Origin: Tubulanus polymorphus
Taxonomy: Eukaryota > Animalia > Nemertea
Assembly: GCF_964204645.1 (NCBI RefSeq)
Contig: NC_134030.1
Location: 15,500,110-15,564,109, forward strand
DNA: 64,000 nucleotides
Direction: 5' to 3'
In this document: piece by piece, positions 35,775 through 47,891 of the stretch
Position numbering within the stretch: the stretch's first letter is position 1
How the letters are laid out: the number at the start of each line of letters is the position of its first letter
Made by a program: the position numbers and the translations under genes
Notes under the pieces: generated by a model
What the model saw: the letters and a program-made list of their open reading frames with translations, nothing else
Databases searched by the model: none
What the model was told of the DNA's origin: nothing

Positions 35775-38700
35775 AGTAATTAGAAAATGTGGGTTTCATA
35801 CGAGAGGTCGACAAATCACTCATCACCACTTTTAAATTTTTGTTCCTTATAAATGGGAGACAGAAAAGTATAAAGTATTCTTAGCGTCAATAAATAACAA
35901 AATAACACCTTTACCTAATACTTTTATTAAAAAGTAAAATAATTTAGATTTTTCTATATTAAATTTATGAGTAAAGAGTGAGTGAAATAATTGAGATTTT
36001 TAACATAAAATATGGTAAAATAGTTAAATTTTTAAGAAAAAAGTAAAATAATTACATTTTTTAATATGAACAGTGAAAATAAAGTGTGAGTGAAATATTT
36101 TAGATCTTTTGATATTAAAAATGTTAGTTAAGTGCGAGTAAAAATAATAAAGATTTTTCAATATAAATAATCTAGAAAATTCATTTCAATGAGATTTTTG
36201 GTTTATAAATGAAAGAAGAAATCGAATTCAATTTTCACTGTTTAACATTAAAAACTACATCATCTCAGCAAAAAATCTAGTGTTTTGAAGACAATATAAA
36301 ATTGATTATATTACTGTTATTAATCAAATATTATCAAATGAAATATATTTAATTACTGAACCAATAGATACTTAGGATAATGGCGTCAAAAGCCCGAAAA
36401 TATGTAGTATAGTGTTAAATTATAACGATAATTCAGATAAAAACATAATTAATATTGCTAAAATTCCTTCTGATGAAAGAAAAACTGATATGATAAAAAC
36501 GACAATTATATTATTTTAACTGCGATCATTATCTATAATTATCTATAATGAAAATACATAAAATATTGAAATTTAATGTGATTTAGAAAATGAATTCAAT
36601 ATATTAAATCCTAATGAAGAAACATTGTTATTATGGGGTAAATATTAAAAATTACAATATTTAGAATATTTAAAAGCATCCGATTCAATAACTTTCTTAT
36701 CATTATTACCGTTCTTATGATTATTTCCATTTTTAATATTAAATTTTTCCAATTTCTTACTCATTTAAATATTTTCATTTATTAAATCTTTTGAAATATT
36801 TACATTATAAAAATATAATGCAATAAATATTAAACCTCCTGCATCTAAATAATGCTTTAAGTCACTAATTCCTGTTGGTATGAAACCATCGCTTTATTTA
36901 AGAAAAAAAGTAAAAGATTAATTAATTTTTGAAACATATAAATTAATATTTGATAGTTCTAATTTTGACATTGCATTAATTATTATTTCATTATTTCAAA
37001 TTTTATATATTTGAAACATATAATTTAATATTTAAGATTAAATCTTAATATCTTATCAATAATTATTGAAATATTAAACTTTCACACATTTGAAAGATAC
37101 AATTTTATTATTTCATTTTTATATTTCATCATTATTTTAATATTAAACCTTTATGTATTTAAAATATATAATTTGATATTAAAGATTTAATTTTGATATT
37201 CTATTAATCATTTTAAGATATTAAACTTTTATACATTTGAAACATACAATCTAATATTTAAAATGTTTAACTTTTATATATTTGAAACATATGATTTCAT
37301 TAACTCTAATATTTTATTCTTTTTGAAATGTTCAACTTTTTAGATTTGAATAATTTTATGATTTCATTGTAATATTTTATTAATCATTATTCTTATATTC
37401 AACTTTTATACATTTGATGCGTATAATCTCACATTCAAGATTTAGTTTTAATACTTCATTAATCATTTTTAAAATATCAAACTTTTATCAATTTGAAACA
37501 AACAATTCAATTTCAATATCTTATTATTAAAATGTTCAATTCTTATATATTTGAAAGATACAATTTTATGATTTAATTTCATTATTTCACTAATTATTTA
37601 TTTGATATTTTACTTTTAAATATTTGAAAAATATAATTTTATATTTAAAATTCAATTTCAATATTTCATTATCATTTTAAATATTAAACTTTTACATGTT
37701 TAAGCCAAATAATTTAATAAAGATTCGACTTCAATATTTTATTAATCACTTTTAAAATATTAAACTTTTTTACATTTGAAACATACAATTTAACATTTAA
37801 GATTTAATTTTAATATTTCATTATCATTTTACATATAAAATTTTTTTATATTCAAAACATACAATTGAATATTTAAGATTTAATTTTAATATTCTATTAT
37901 TATTTAAATGTTTAACTTGTATATATTTGAAACATATAATTCAATAATTCAATATGTTAATATTTCGACCTAATACCGAATTATTACTCTTTTCATAGTT
38001 TTTATGTTTAATTGTTTCATAATGCTTTGATTTATGTAATTTTAAATATTCACCTCCAGAATAACAATATATTTTTTCATTAGGATTTAATTTTCTAAAT
38101 TCATTTTCTAAATCACATTGAAGCGCAATATTTTTAAAAGATTTATTATTTCCTAAATCGCATTGAATTGCAATATCTTTAAAAAATTCCAATATTAGAT
38201 TTATTATATAAGATAGTATTTTCATTATAAATATATGTTTATTATCAAACTCAAAATAATATAATTGTCGTTTTTTGATTCTTAAGTTTATCAAGTCATA
38301 ACCTGTTGGAAGTATTATATCACTTTTTCTTTCATTAAAAGGAATTGTAAGAACATTTAATGTTTTCATCTAAATTGCCTTTATAATTTAACACTGTCCT
38401 AAATATTTTAGGGTTAAGCGTATCTATTAGTTCTGTAATTGAATATATTTAATTAAATAATATTTGATTAATTACAGTTATATTATCAATATTATATTGG
38501 CATCCAAACACTAGATTTTTTGCTGAGATATAACTTTTGATGTTAAACAGTAAAATTAGTAAATATTTTCTTTTATTTCAATTTTAAATTCGATCTCTTC
38601 TTTCATTCATAAATCAAAAATTTTATCAAAATGAATTTTTCGATGATTTATTTTGAAAAATCTAAATTATTTTTACTCACATTTTACTAACATTTTCAAT

Positions 38701-39272
38701 ATTAAAAAATCTAAATTATGTAACTCACACTTTACTTACACTTCATATTGAAAAATCTAAATTATTTTACTTTTTTAATAAAAAATCTAACTATTTCACT
38801 ACATTTTTGTTCAAAATCTTAATTATTTTCCTCATATTTTACTCACACTTTTTATATCGAAAATCCTTAATCATTTTATTCACACTTTTAATATCTTTAG
38901 ATCTAAATTATTTTTACTCACACTTTTCATATTTCAAAATTTTATTATTCTATTAACGCATTTATATCGATTATTTCGGAGGAAAAGCAAAGAAAATTGA
39001 TTTTTTAAATTTTGTAACCTATTTTTATTTTTGAATTTGCTGATATTTTTCCACCATATTTAGTTTTTTTTTCTAATATCAATAATTCATGCTCAATTTC
39101 TTGTGTTACATCGGCTAATTTTTTTATTTCATATTGTTTTTTTGCTGGTTTTGTTTAGTTATTTATTGGCGCTAAGAATACTTTTCTGTCTCCCATTTAT
39201 AAAGAAAATTAAAAGTGATGAGTGATTCGTCAACCTCTTGACCTCAGGTATGAAACCCACATTCTGATTACT
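35775..39272. mobile_element. Non-autonomous palindromic mini-Polinton #2 (second TIR subfamily)
   Basis: Ends AGTAATTAGAAAATGTGGGTTTCATAC / GTATGAAACCCACATTCTGATTACT. 6-bp TSD CACCCC at 35769-35774 and 39273-39278. Both arms carry decayed ORF216 homologues. Confidence 0.88.
36930..37940. repeat. Degenerate ~70-80-bp AT-rich tandem array
   Basis: Recurring (t)ttgaaacata(c/t)aat and aatattaaacttt blocks. Confidence 0.75.
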
Positions 39273-40563
39273 CACCCCTCATCATTGTTCCAAAACCAAA
39301 CGTACCGCAATGATTACCAACAAGTAATAATATTTTAGAAATGGCCATAATTTTAACTTGAGTTGTATATCATTATTATTTTTCTATTGTGATTGCTTTA
39401 ATGTTTTTCTAAATGGCCATTAAGGCTTCATATTTTGTCTGCAGTTCACTGCAAATAGTTATGTAACTACGCAAATTGATATGTTTTGGCCGCTGTACAC
39501 TCAATCGGAACAGTCCGTGACTAGTTTCACTACGGCATTATCATTGATTAACATCGCTCTATCACATCATCAAGTTATATTTGGCCTTGAAACCCTCATA
39601 ACTGCTGCTTCGCGTAAATCCCACGCTTAGGTGCAACCGCGTGGAGTGGAGCCAGTATGTCGAGCATAGGGAATGCCTTTGATTTCCATTTGCCTCACTT
39701 TTCTATTCCACGTTTCAAATCCATAAAATACACTAGCAAGTCAGGTAAAACTGGTCAAAGCGGCTTAATTTTGTCTTAAGGACCCCTAACCTGAGTGTTT
39801 TTATAACAGAAAATAAACTAATTAATAACATTTTCAGACTTTCGGCATTTTAAGAGTTAATCGATCGTGGCAAGTACCCTGAGCACCATTCCATGTCCAG
39901 GATTCTTCTTATCATCTGATAAGGTTCCCATGAGCCTTACGTATAATAGTTTAATAAACGATACTGATCATGCTTAGTTCATTAATTTCATGTGACTGCT
40001 CTCTTTGGTTTACAACCCGGAATTTAAGCTGAAGCACGTAATTAAGCTGCTGTTACCAATTAATCGTGCCTTGTTGACTTTCAATTGGTATAAATGGAAG
40101 AATTCTGAGCATGGGAAATCAGGGCACTTTCTTGAACGCCGTGAGACTCAGCCATTCATGAAGGGAATCTATCAAACATTAGCTGATTTGAAAGAGTAAA
40201 ATGTATTACCTTCAATCTGGAATGATTAACAAGAATATTATTTACGAAAAAAGGCTAAATTCGGTATATTTTTGTGGGGTAGCAATTCACTTGTAGCTAA
40301 TCGCCAATAGCGTTCGTGGAAAATTAATCATTTTGGAGAAAAGATCATTTAAACAAATTTTAGGCTAGAAGAAATGTATGAGTAAATACAATGAGTGAAC
40401 GTTAAAGCCTTAATTCCCCAGGTTTGAACGCTTGGGTACGGGTTCGGCAACAGTTAGTTGATATCTGCGTGAATAGAAATGATGCCACGCGACGGCTCAT
40501 TGCTTTCACCGTATGAATTAGGTCAGAATTGTCACCGTAAGGGATGGTGCAAAAACTACAAAC

Positions 40564-40722
40564 CTTATGGTTAAATCTTGCAAAAAGTCCACCAGATGTA
40601 GCTGTGCCAATGAATATACCGATTCCTTGAGTTAGAAAGACTAATGAAATGATGGTTACGTGAACTTGAGTTTTCGCTGCCAGATCAAACAGTGTTGGCC
40701 CGATTATATTAAAAACACAGCC
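40564..40722 (-). CDS. MFSD4-like transporter exon 2
   Basis: ttgcAG|GCVFNIIGPTLFDL...GGLFARFNHK|GT; 159 nt. The GPTLxDL motif is typical of the MFSD4 family. Confidence 0.88.
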
Positions 40723-40759
40723 CTGCAACGATGATACGATTGCAAATAAATTTATAAAT

Positions 40760-40869
40760 GATACATACATGCATGCACGCACGCACGCACGCACAGACAC
40801 CCACACACACCACACACACACCACACACACACCACACACACACCACACACACACCACACACACACCACA

Positions 40870-40921
<52 letters not shown>

Positions 40922-40986
40922 ACACACACACACCACACCACACCACACCACACGCACGCACGCACGCACATACATACATACATACA
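40760..40986. repeat. Compound (CA)n/(CACG)n/(CATA)n microsatellite in MFS intron 1
   Basis: Directly visible. Confidence 0.97.
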
Positions 40987-41031
40987 TGGGGAAATGTTGC
41001 CACCCGTTCAGACCAATTTAACATTACTCAC

Positions 41032-41091
41032 CACTGAAACAAAACTCATACATAACCAGAACGTGACGATATATTTCCCGGCGGCTATCAT
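41032..41091 (-). CDS. MFSD4-like transporter exon 1 (coding start)
   Basis: MIAAGKYIVTFWLCMSFVSV|GTGAGT. The four exons total 1473 nt = 490 aa plus stop. Confidence 0.78.
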
Positions 41092-41766
41092 GATTGCAAT
41101 TTACAGAACTGTATTGCCTTAGCTGCTGTCTTGCTGTGCGAATGGATAGTTGGTTGGCTTCTGGTTAGTTGGTTGACTACGTAGTGTATGTTTGCGGCCA
41201 TGGATCGAAACCCCAAATAGGAAACTGGCGAGCCGTGTTCAGGACAATATCGTGGACACCAAAATAACGGATAACGCTATAATGCGCAAAGGCCACTGGT
41301 GCATGGTTCGTTTTTCCTTGATTTGAACACTAGATGGTACAACCATACGTTCCTTTCTACACATAGTGAAAATTAATTATTCTTAGGATTGGTTGACGCC
41401 TATCATGTCAATTACGATGCGCGTAAAATGGCCGTAAGCGAAAAAAGATCCGGCGCTTCTCATTTTCATAGTAAATTCAAACTGAAACTCCGTCCACGTA
41501 AGACATTTGACGGAGCCGAAAATTCGATGAAGTTTCGACGACATAGCATTCTACAATTCCCAGCAACATAGCGTCGCCAGATTTTGATTTAACGGTCCAA
41601 AAAGTTATTTCATCGCTTTTATGCTCTTTGATGGAAGGGGAAAACTTAAACAATCGCGAAGGGATACTTTTATACTCATACTGCTCAACGAATAAAATTG
41701 ATAGACTGGTGATAGTAAATAAACGTTCGAAGAATCTTCTCCAGTTGATAAATGCTTTATTTTAGG

Positions 41767-43061
41767 CACAGGGACTTGTCACAATTGATAGTGAATGAAT
41801 AAAACCAATATCAATGACCAGGTCCACTATCCCTGTATAATACAAAAACAAGGGTGGCAACAAATTGTCAATCTGACAATGACTTCTCCAGTTCAATCGA
41901 CTGTAATTCCAAAAATTCTCAACCGATTCACATGAAATAAGCTTTAATACAACCTAGAAGACTTTATGCTTCGAACGAGCCTTCAACCACCACTCTCCGA
42001 CAATTATCTCACAACGAAATCACCTTTTTTTGACGAGAGATAGCTCAAAATGGAGGTCTACCGATTCTATGGTGGACAGCAAAATGGTCATTTTTTTCAC
42101 TTCAAACGATGATTTCTATGTGAGATCTCAGAGAAAACCCCAACAAACCATACATTTTTTTAAACTACGCGGTCATACCTGTACGCTTATCTCATTTATT
42201 TGTATGATCCACGCGATGGGTGAGCTCACAAGCTCAAAATCGAACAAATATACGAAAAAGTCACCTCGCACTATCGCGCTGGCGGCCATTAATCACGTGA
42301 CGTGCATAGGTTCGGGCTATGTTAATAGAACCGCGACAAGTCTACGTCTGTAGACTTGAAAAAAAGGAAATATTTGCTAATAATTCCACCCCTCAGACGA
42401 ATGTTGCACTTTACTTTCATAATACTGATATTTTATTAATTAACAGAACTTTTGATAAATTTTGTAATGTTTTTCGAAATCTCTAAGCCAATCAATGCGC
42501 GTGAAATATTTAGCCCGTTTCTACGATATCACGTGATTAATGGCCGCCCAGTTGATGACAAGTTGAACGCCGTGTTCGTCCTAATTTTTGATTTTGAGCT
42601 TGTGAGCTCACCCATCGCGTGGATTATACAAATAAATGAGATTAGCGTACAGGTATGACCGCGTAGTTTTAAAAAATGTATAATTTGCTGGGGTTTCTCT
42701 AAGATCTCACATAGAAATCATCGTTCGAAGTGAAAAAAATTGCCATTTTGCTGTCCACCATAGAATCGGTAGACCTCCATTTTGAGCTATCTCTCGTCAA
42801 AAAAAGGTGATTTCGTTGTAAGATAATTGTCGTAGAGTGGTGGTTAATAGCTCGTTGGAAACAGAAAGTCTTTTAGGTTGTAATAAAGCTTATTTCATGT
42901 GAATCGGTTGAGAATTTTTGGAATTACAGTCGATTGAACTGGAGAAGTCATTGTCAGATTGAAAATTTGTTGCCACCCTTGTTATTTTATTATACAGTTG
43001 CAGGGATACTGGTTCCCCCATCATTGGTCTCATCCATTATCAATCGTGACAAGTTCCTGTG
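41767..43061. mobile_element. Long-TIR foldback MITE with 8-bp TSD (hAT- or P-type)
   Basis: CACAGG...CCTGTG ends and ~540-bp inverted arms. TSD ATTTTAGG at 41759-41766 and 43062-43069. Confidence 0.88.
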
Positions 43062-45579
43062 ATTTTAGGCTTTATTTTTATTCTGCTCTCAGGGCTTTTC
43101 TCCAGTGTCGGTGTGTCTCTCGGTGTCTCCCCCTCTCTCTCTCCCTGTTTTTCTGTTTCGGGGACGTAAAATTTATCTTCTCTCGGATTCGACAACTAAC
43201 AACTACTAAACGGAATGTTGAATTATGATAGAAATATAACAGACTTTCTCTCCGCGTAGATTCTATCAATGCACTCCCCATCCTATTTTAAACTTAAAAT
43301 TACTTTCAGACAGCTAACACCGGTGGAAATATACTACCCCGGTGATCGGCTATCGGAATGTCCCTTCAGCTGTTCCATACTCCTGCATACGGTATACCTG
43401 AATGCGCAGATGAAACGATAATACGTCCAAGGAATGCTCCGATATCGGGTCCAAGTCCAAGAGTTTACGAGGCGGCGTTCGCGAGTCCGATAGACTGGTC
43501 GCCTGTCCAATTCTGCGCCACCTGCATTCGCAGTCAGAATAGGACAGGTTTAACCCGTCCGCCATCTTCCGCGGAATATACGGATCCAATCAGATTTCAG
43601 TATTTCGTGAACAATGTAACATGGCCGCCTCCAGAGTGTCTCGATTTACGTTCCATGGACCTCGATTTTTACATCAATGGAAGAAAGAAACTCGACCAAA
43701 ACTATCAGGTAACGCTTCTGCGAGAACCTGTATTGCGTGTGGCCTCGAAGATATCGACATACAAGGTAGTATGTCTCCGTTACAGCACCATCAAAATCTA
43801 CCCTGCTCAAAGGAACAGTCGTCAATCGACAACAATACAAAATACTGACGAACTCGAGATGGAAAAACCAATTTCTGCTGACTGACTTACTGAACTGAAC
43901 CAGCCATGCAACATGGGCCATGACACCGGCAATTTGTTTGTTCAATTAAGATGACTGATTGATTATGCTGAATGTGACACTAGATATTAGCAGTGAATTC
44001 AGTGTGGTGAAAATATTAGCCTTACGACAGGTGTAACTTCACTTAGTTCACTTCAATGTCTTTTAAAACTTGTGAACAGTGAATGAATACTTATTTACAA
44101 ATATTCTGTTGATTGTCTATTGTAGGTCATTGTGTGTGTTCTGATGTTGATTTTCTGAGATACAACTCAGGTTTTCTTAAGAATTAGAAGTTATACTTAT
44201 TAAATTGAGCTCAACATGCACAGAATGAATTGTTGTTGTATCATGGTAAGTTTGAAAAACTGATGAAACATGAATTGAAAAGTCAATCCAGGTTAAATTT
44301 GTTAGTGTATATCGGTTTAATTTCAGAAAGTAACCTAAATCACGAATCAAGATTATCGGGATTAACGAATCCAGCATTAATCATCATGAAATTAGATTCC
44401 AAATAACAAGTGGTGAAACTCCTAGATTCTGATACAGTGATCTACACGAGCGAGCATGCAATTGGAATTGAGATTGGATGTAGGCCTACTTTCTGGTCAA
44501 GACTTGGTTTTAGTGATTCGAGTTAAGTTAGAGATAGTGTCATTCTGTTGTCACACAATTTGCAATGTCACAAAATACGTACCGGTATGTCACCATCCTG
44601 TCAGGCAGTCTGTATATTGAATAAGATTTCGTACTAGAAAGTGGACAATAAATATAGAATTGCCAGTAAAAAGGAGTTTGTTGTGGTGGATTTTATACTC
44701 AATTTCTAACAAAAATCATTTATGGTCCATGAGGAGAGGAAAATAATTGCAAATATCCAGTTGATCTGAATTACTGGTCTATCCCAACTTGCTGCCTGTA
44801 TCATCAGGAATATATGTAGAGATGCCGCGTTGGATCCAAATATCTGATATGAAAAAAACTGACAAGGAGTTCAACTAATGTAAACTTAACTTTATTCAGA
44901 CTAGTCACTTTCACATCATCAGAAACAACAATTGAGTGAATATATTTTACATATGGTTGACAAAGAAACCATGTCGCCCTTCAGCCAAGTTCCCTCAGAA
45001 TGACTATCACAGCTGATCCCTTTTTCTTACCTACAAAATTAATAAGTATCAATTTAGAAGTAGCTATTTGAATTCCAAGTAATATCAGCGGATTAATTCG
45101 ATACTCACAGCAATTCGATACTCACTTTTCTCCGGTCTTTAAATTTCCATTTGTTTGCTGATCATTATGAGTTTTCCGGTTTGCTCGGCTACCCGTACTG
45201 GCGGGGTAGTCTAGATAGGCAAATGAAAACTCCGGTTTGCTGAACTACCCCTTTTTGTGGGGATGCGGTATGATGTTTGATCTGACAGTTTCAAGTGGTT
45301 AATGGGTGTTTCAAGTGCTTACAACGATGCTTATTACTTCATGTGCTACAAAAAAGATGTCATAATACTAATAGGCCTACGCTATATCGCTAGGGCTTCG
45401 TAGAAAGAACACTGCCTGTGGCCTTCCCAAATTTTAATTTCGATTTGATTTCAATTGAGACTGAGACGGCCTTTTCCAGTTATGGCATTTTTGGATCACA
45501 TCACTGGAAATGACTTACGCTTTTGGGCCACTTTTTCGGTTCCACATGTTTCATTTGAGCTATATACCACAATGGTGAC

Positions 45580-46080
45580 ACGATGGTCAGTAACTGACCA
45601 ATTGAGATATCCCCGAGTCTGAACACTTGAACACACGATTTTCGGAAATTTTTCAAGTCATGATTGTTTTCAAACTACTAATGAATCATCATTGCAAATT
45701 CATCACTGACCATTACTGACCACCACTGACCAATTCAAATTTCTCGAATTTGAGAACGAAATACCGCGTTATGGTGTCAAACTAGAAAGGATTCGCCATT
45801 GAAAATTTATAAATTGACCATCACTGACCACCAATGACCAATTTAAACTTCTCGAATGTGAGAACGATATACCGGTACAGCGTTTGGTATGAAACAAGAA
45901 AGGATTCGCCATTAAACTTCATAAATTGACCATTATACTGACCACCACTGACCAATTGAAACTTCTTGAAAGAACGATATACCGGTACCGCATTTGGTGA
46001 AACAAGAAAGGATTCGCCATTGAAAATTCATAAATTGACCATCACTGACCACCACTGCCCAATTGAAACTTCTCGAATAT
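45580..46080. repeat. ~120-bp degenerate tandem repeat (tgaccatcactgaccaccactgaccaatt core)
   Basis: Directly visible, ~4 units. Confidence 0.8.
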
Positions 46081-46152
46081 CGTGGTCGAATTCGAAAATG
46101 CTTGTCGTCGTATTGCTATTTCTAGAGACCAGCAGTATGTTTTGTTACTGTT

Positions 46153-47891
46153 GGGTCTGACTATTTCAGATGGCTGGGAGTCACCTTCATTTCGGTCAAC
46201 GAATTATACATTTAGACTTCACCTACGTACCTAAAATGGCGGACGATTCAACTTCATCTTTCGATCCGTCTTATTCTTGTCATGATTTTATGGAAGTGTC
46301 AGCACTCATCAATGAACACGAATTGAATTCAAGAACTACGTGGTGCGTCTGGTGGAAGGACAAGTTATCTGAATATAGTGGTGGTATGTTTATCTTTTAC
46401 CGTAATTTTAATGTCTCTCTACTCTAGTCTTGTTTTCTGTTCTATCTATCTAGACCTATAGTACAGTATAATAACTTATACGCTGATGAGTGTTGTGTTA
46501 AGAAAACACTTGTCGTGTTGACATATGGCCTCGCAAACAGCATATATACACGAGTACGAATAAGCCTTCCTGTATGTACTGTTTTTCGATATGATCGTAT
46601 GCCTATAGGCTAATACATGCAAGCGCGCGTCACCGGAATTACAGATATTATTGGGGCAAATCACATATTCCGACATAAGCAAGGCTATTTGGAATGAAAT
46701 ATGAAGCAAAGAGACCAGAAATTCAATCCGAGCTAAATGAATCCGAGACTGATATGGATCCGACATAGGCGGAGTCTACTGTAGTATTTACTTTCGAAAC
46801 TCTTCTATCACTGAACTGCTTTAAATGTAGTAAGTATTTTATGTTCATACAGTCTGAAAGTCCGTCTGGACCTTCGACTGCATACTTAATACCAAAACAT
46901 ATTTTTGGTGGGTGTGCAACATGCTTTTTTCTCTTTCACTTATTGCTTTTTGACTTAATGTTTTTGTCTAATACTCCATATAACATGTATATGATGTATT
47001 TTTGATAAAGGTTATTGGGATCATTACACAGCACAAATGTGGTGTCGATTAGTTCACATAAAAAATTTGCTAATTATTTGAATATAGGAACATTTAAAGT
47101 TGTGGAAAATTTTTGTCCATTGTAAATGTGTGGACTCATTGGCATATATATACCGGTATATATATATATATTAGTATATAATAATTGGAGGTAGGTAATT
47201 TGATAACATCTATTTTCTGCACACTTCGGCAACAGGTGAGCTAATTTGGCCATTTTGGTTTGCTTTTTAACTTTTTACACATAATAATTTCTTATATCTT
47301 AGTAACCCGATCGTTGTAGAGAAATGTTTGACAATCACCATATTTGTATATCAATGACTTGTAATATTCACCATATTGTACTCAATGTCACCTAACATCA
47401 TCTGCACCGTATGCACTATTAAGATGCTGTAAGGCCGTGTTGTAATTCAATTTTTTTAACTCAATCAGAACTATGTACATGTATATTCACATTTCAAAAT
47501 TGTGTAAGTTGATTTATATCAGAACAATGTTTATTCAAATTTAAAAATTTGTGAAATAAAAAAGTTTGTATGGTACATATATGTTTATGGTTTTAGTTTG
47601 TATTTTTCTTCAAGTTGAATGTAATTTGGGAGGACTTTTTAAGGAATTTCCTTTTGGATAGCCGATCTCCTGATTGGAAATAAGTTTCTATTGGTCATTA
47701 ATTTGAATTTCATTCAGACAAAAAATGGGAATTTTGTTTGAACGAATTGCGCTGAAGGACCGAGTTCGTGGAACGATTTACGGGATTCAAACCCAGTGTA
47801 TTGGGCTACGTTACATCGTAGGTGAAGTCTAAATGTATAATTCGTTGACCGAAATGAAGGTGACTCCCAGCCATCTGAAATAGTCAGACCC
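46153..47891. mobile_element. Non-autonomous Mutator-like element
   Basis: ~73-bp TIRs GGGTCTGACTATTTCAGATGG... and 9-bp TSD GTTACTGTT at 46144-46152 and 47892-47900. A possible first-exon remnant MADDSTSSFD..|gtatg is present. Confidence 0.9.

Noticed and set aside
40709-41122. Cys/Val- and His/Thr-rich ORFs
   Set aside because: Microsatellite translations.
43358-43885. 175-aa ORF as a protein-coding gene
   Set aside because: No recognisable domain, and it overlaps equally plausible ORFs on both strands.
44888-44930. CTGATGA..GAAA hammerhead-like motif on the minus strand
   Set aside because: Stem II is absent.
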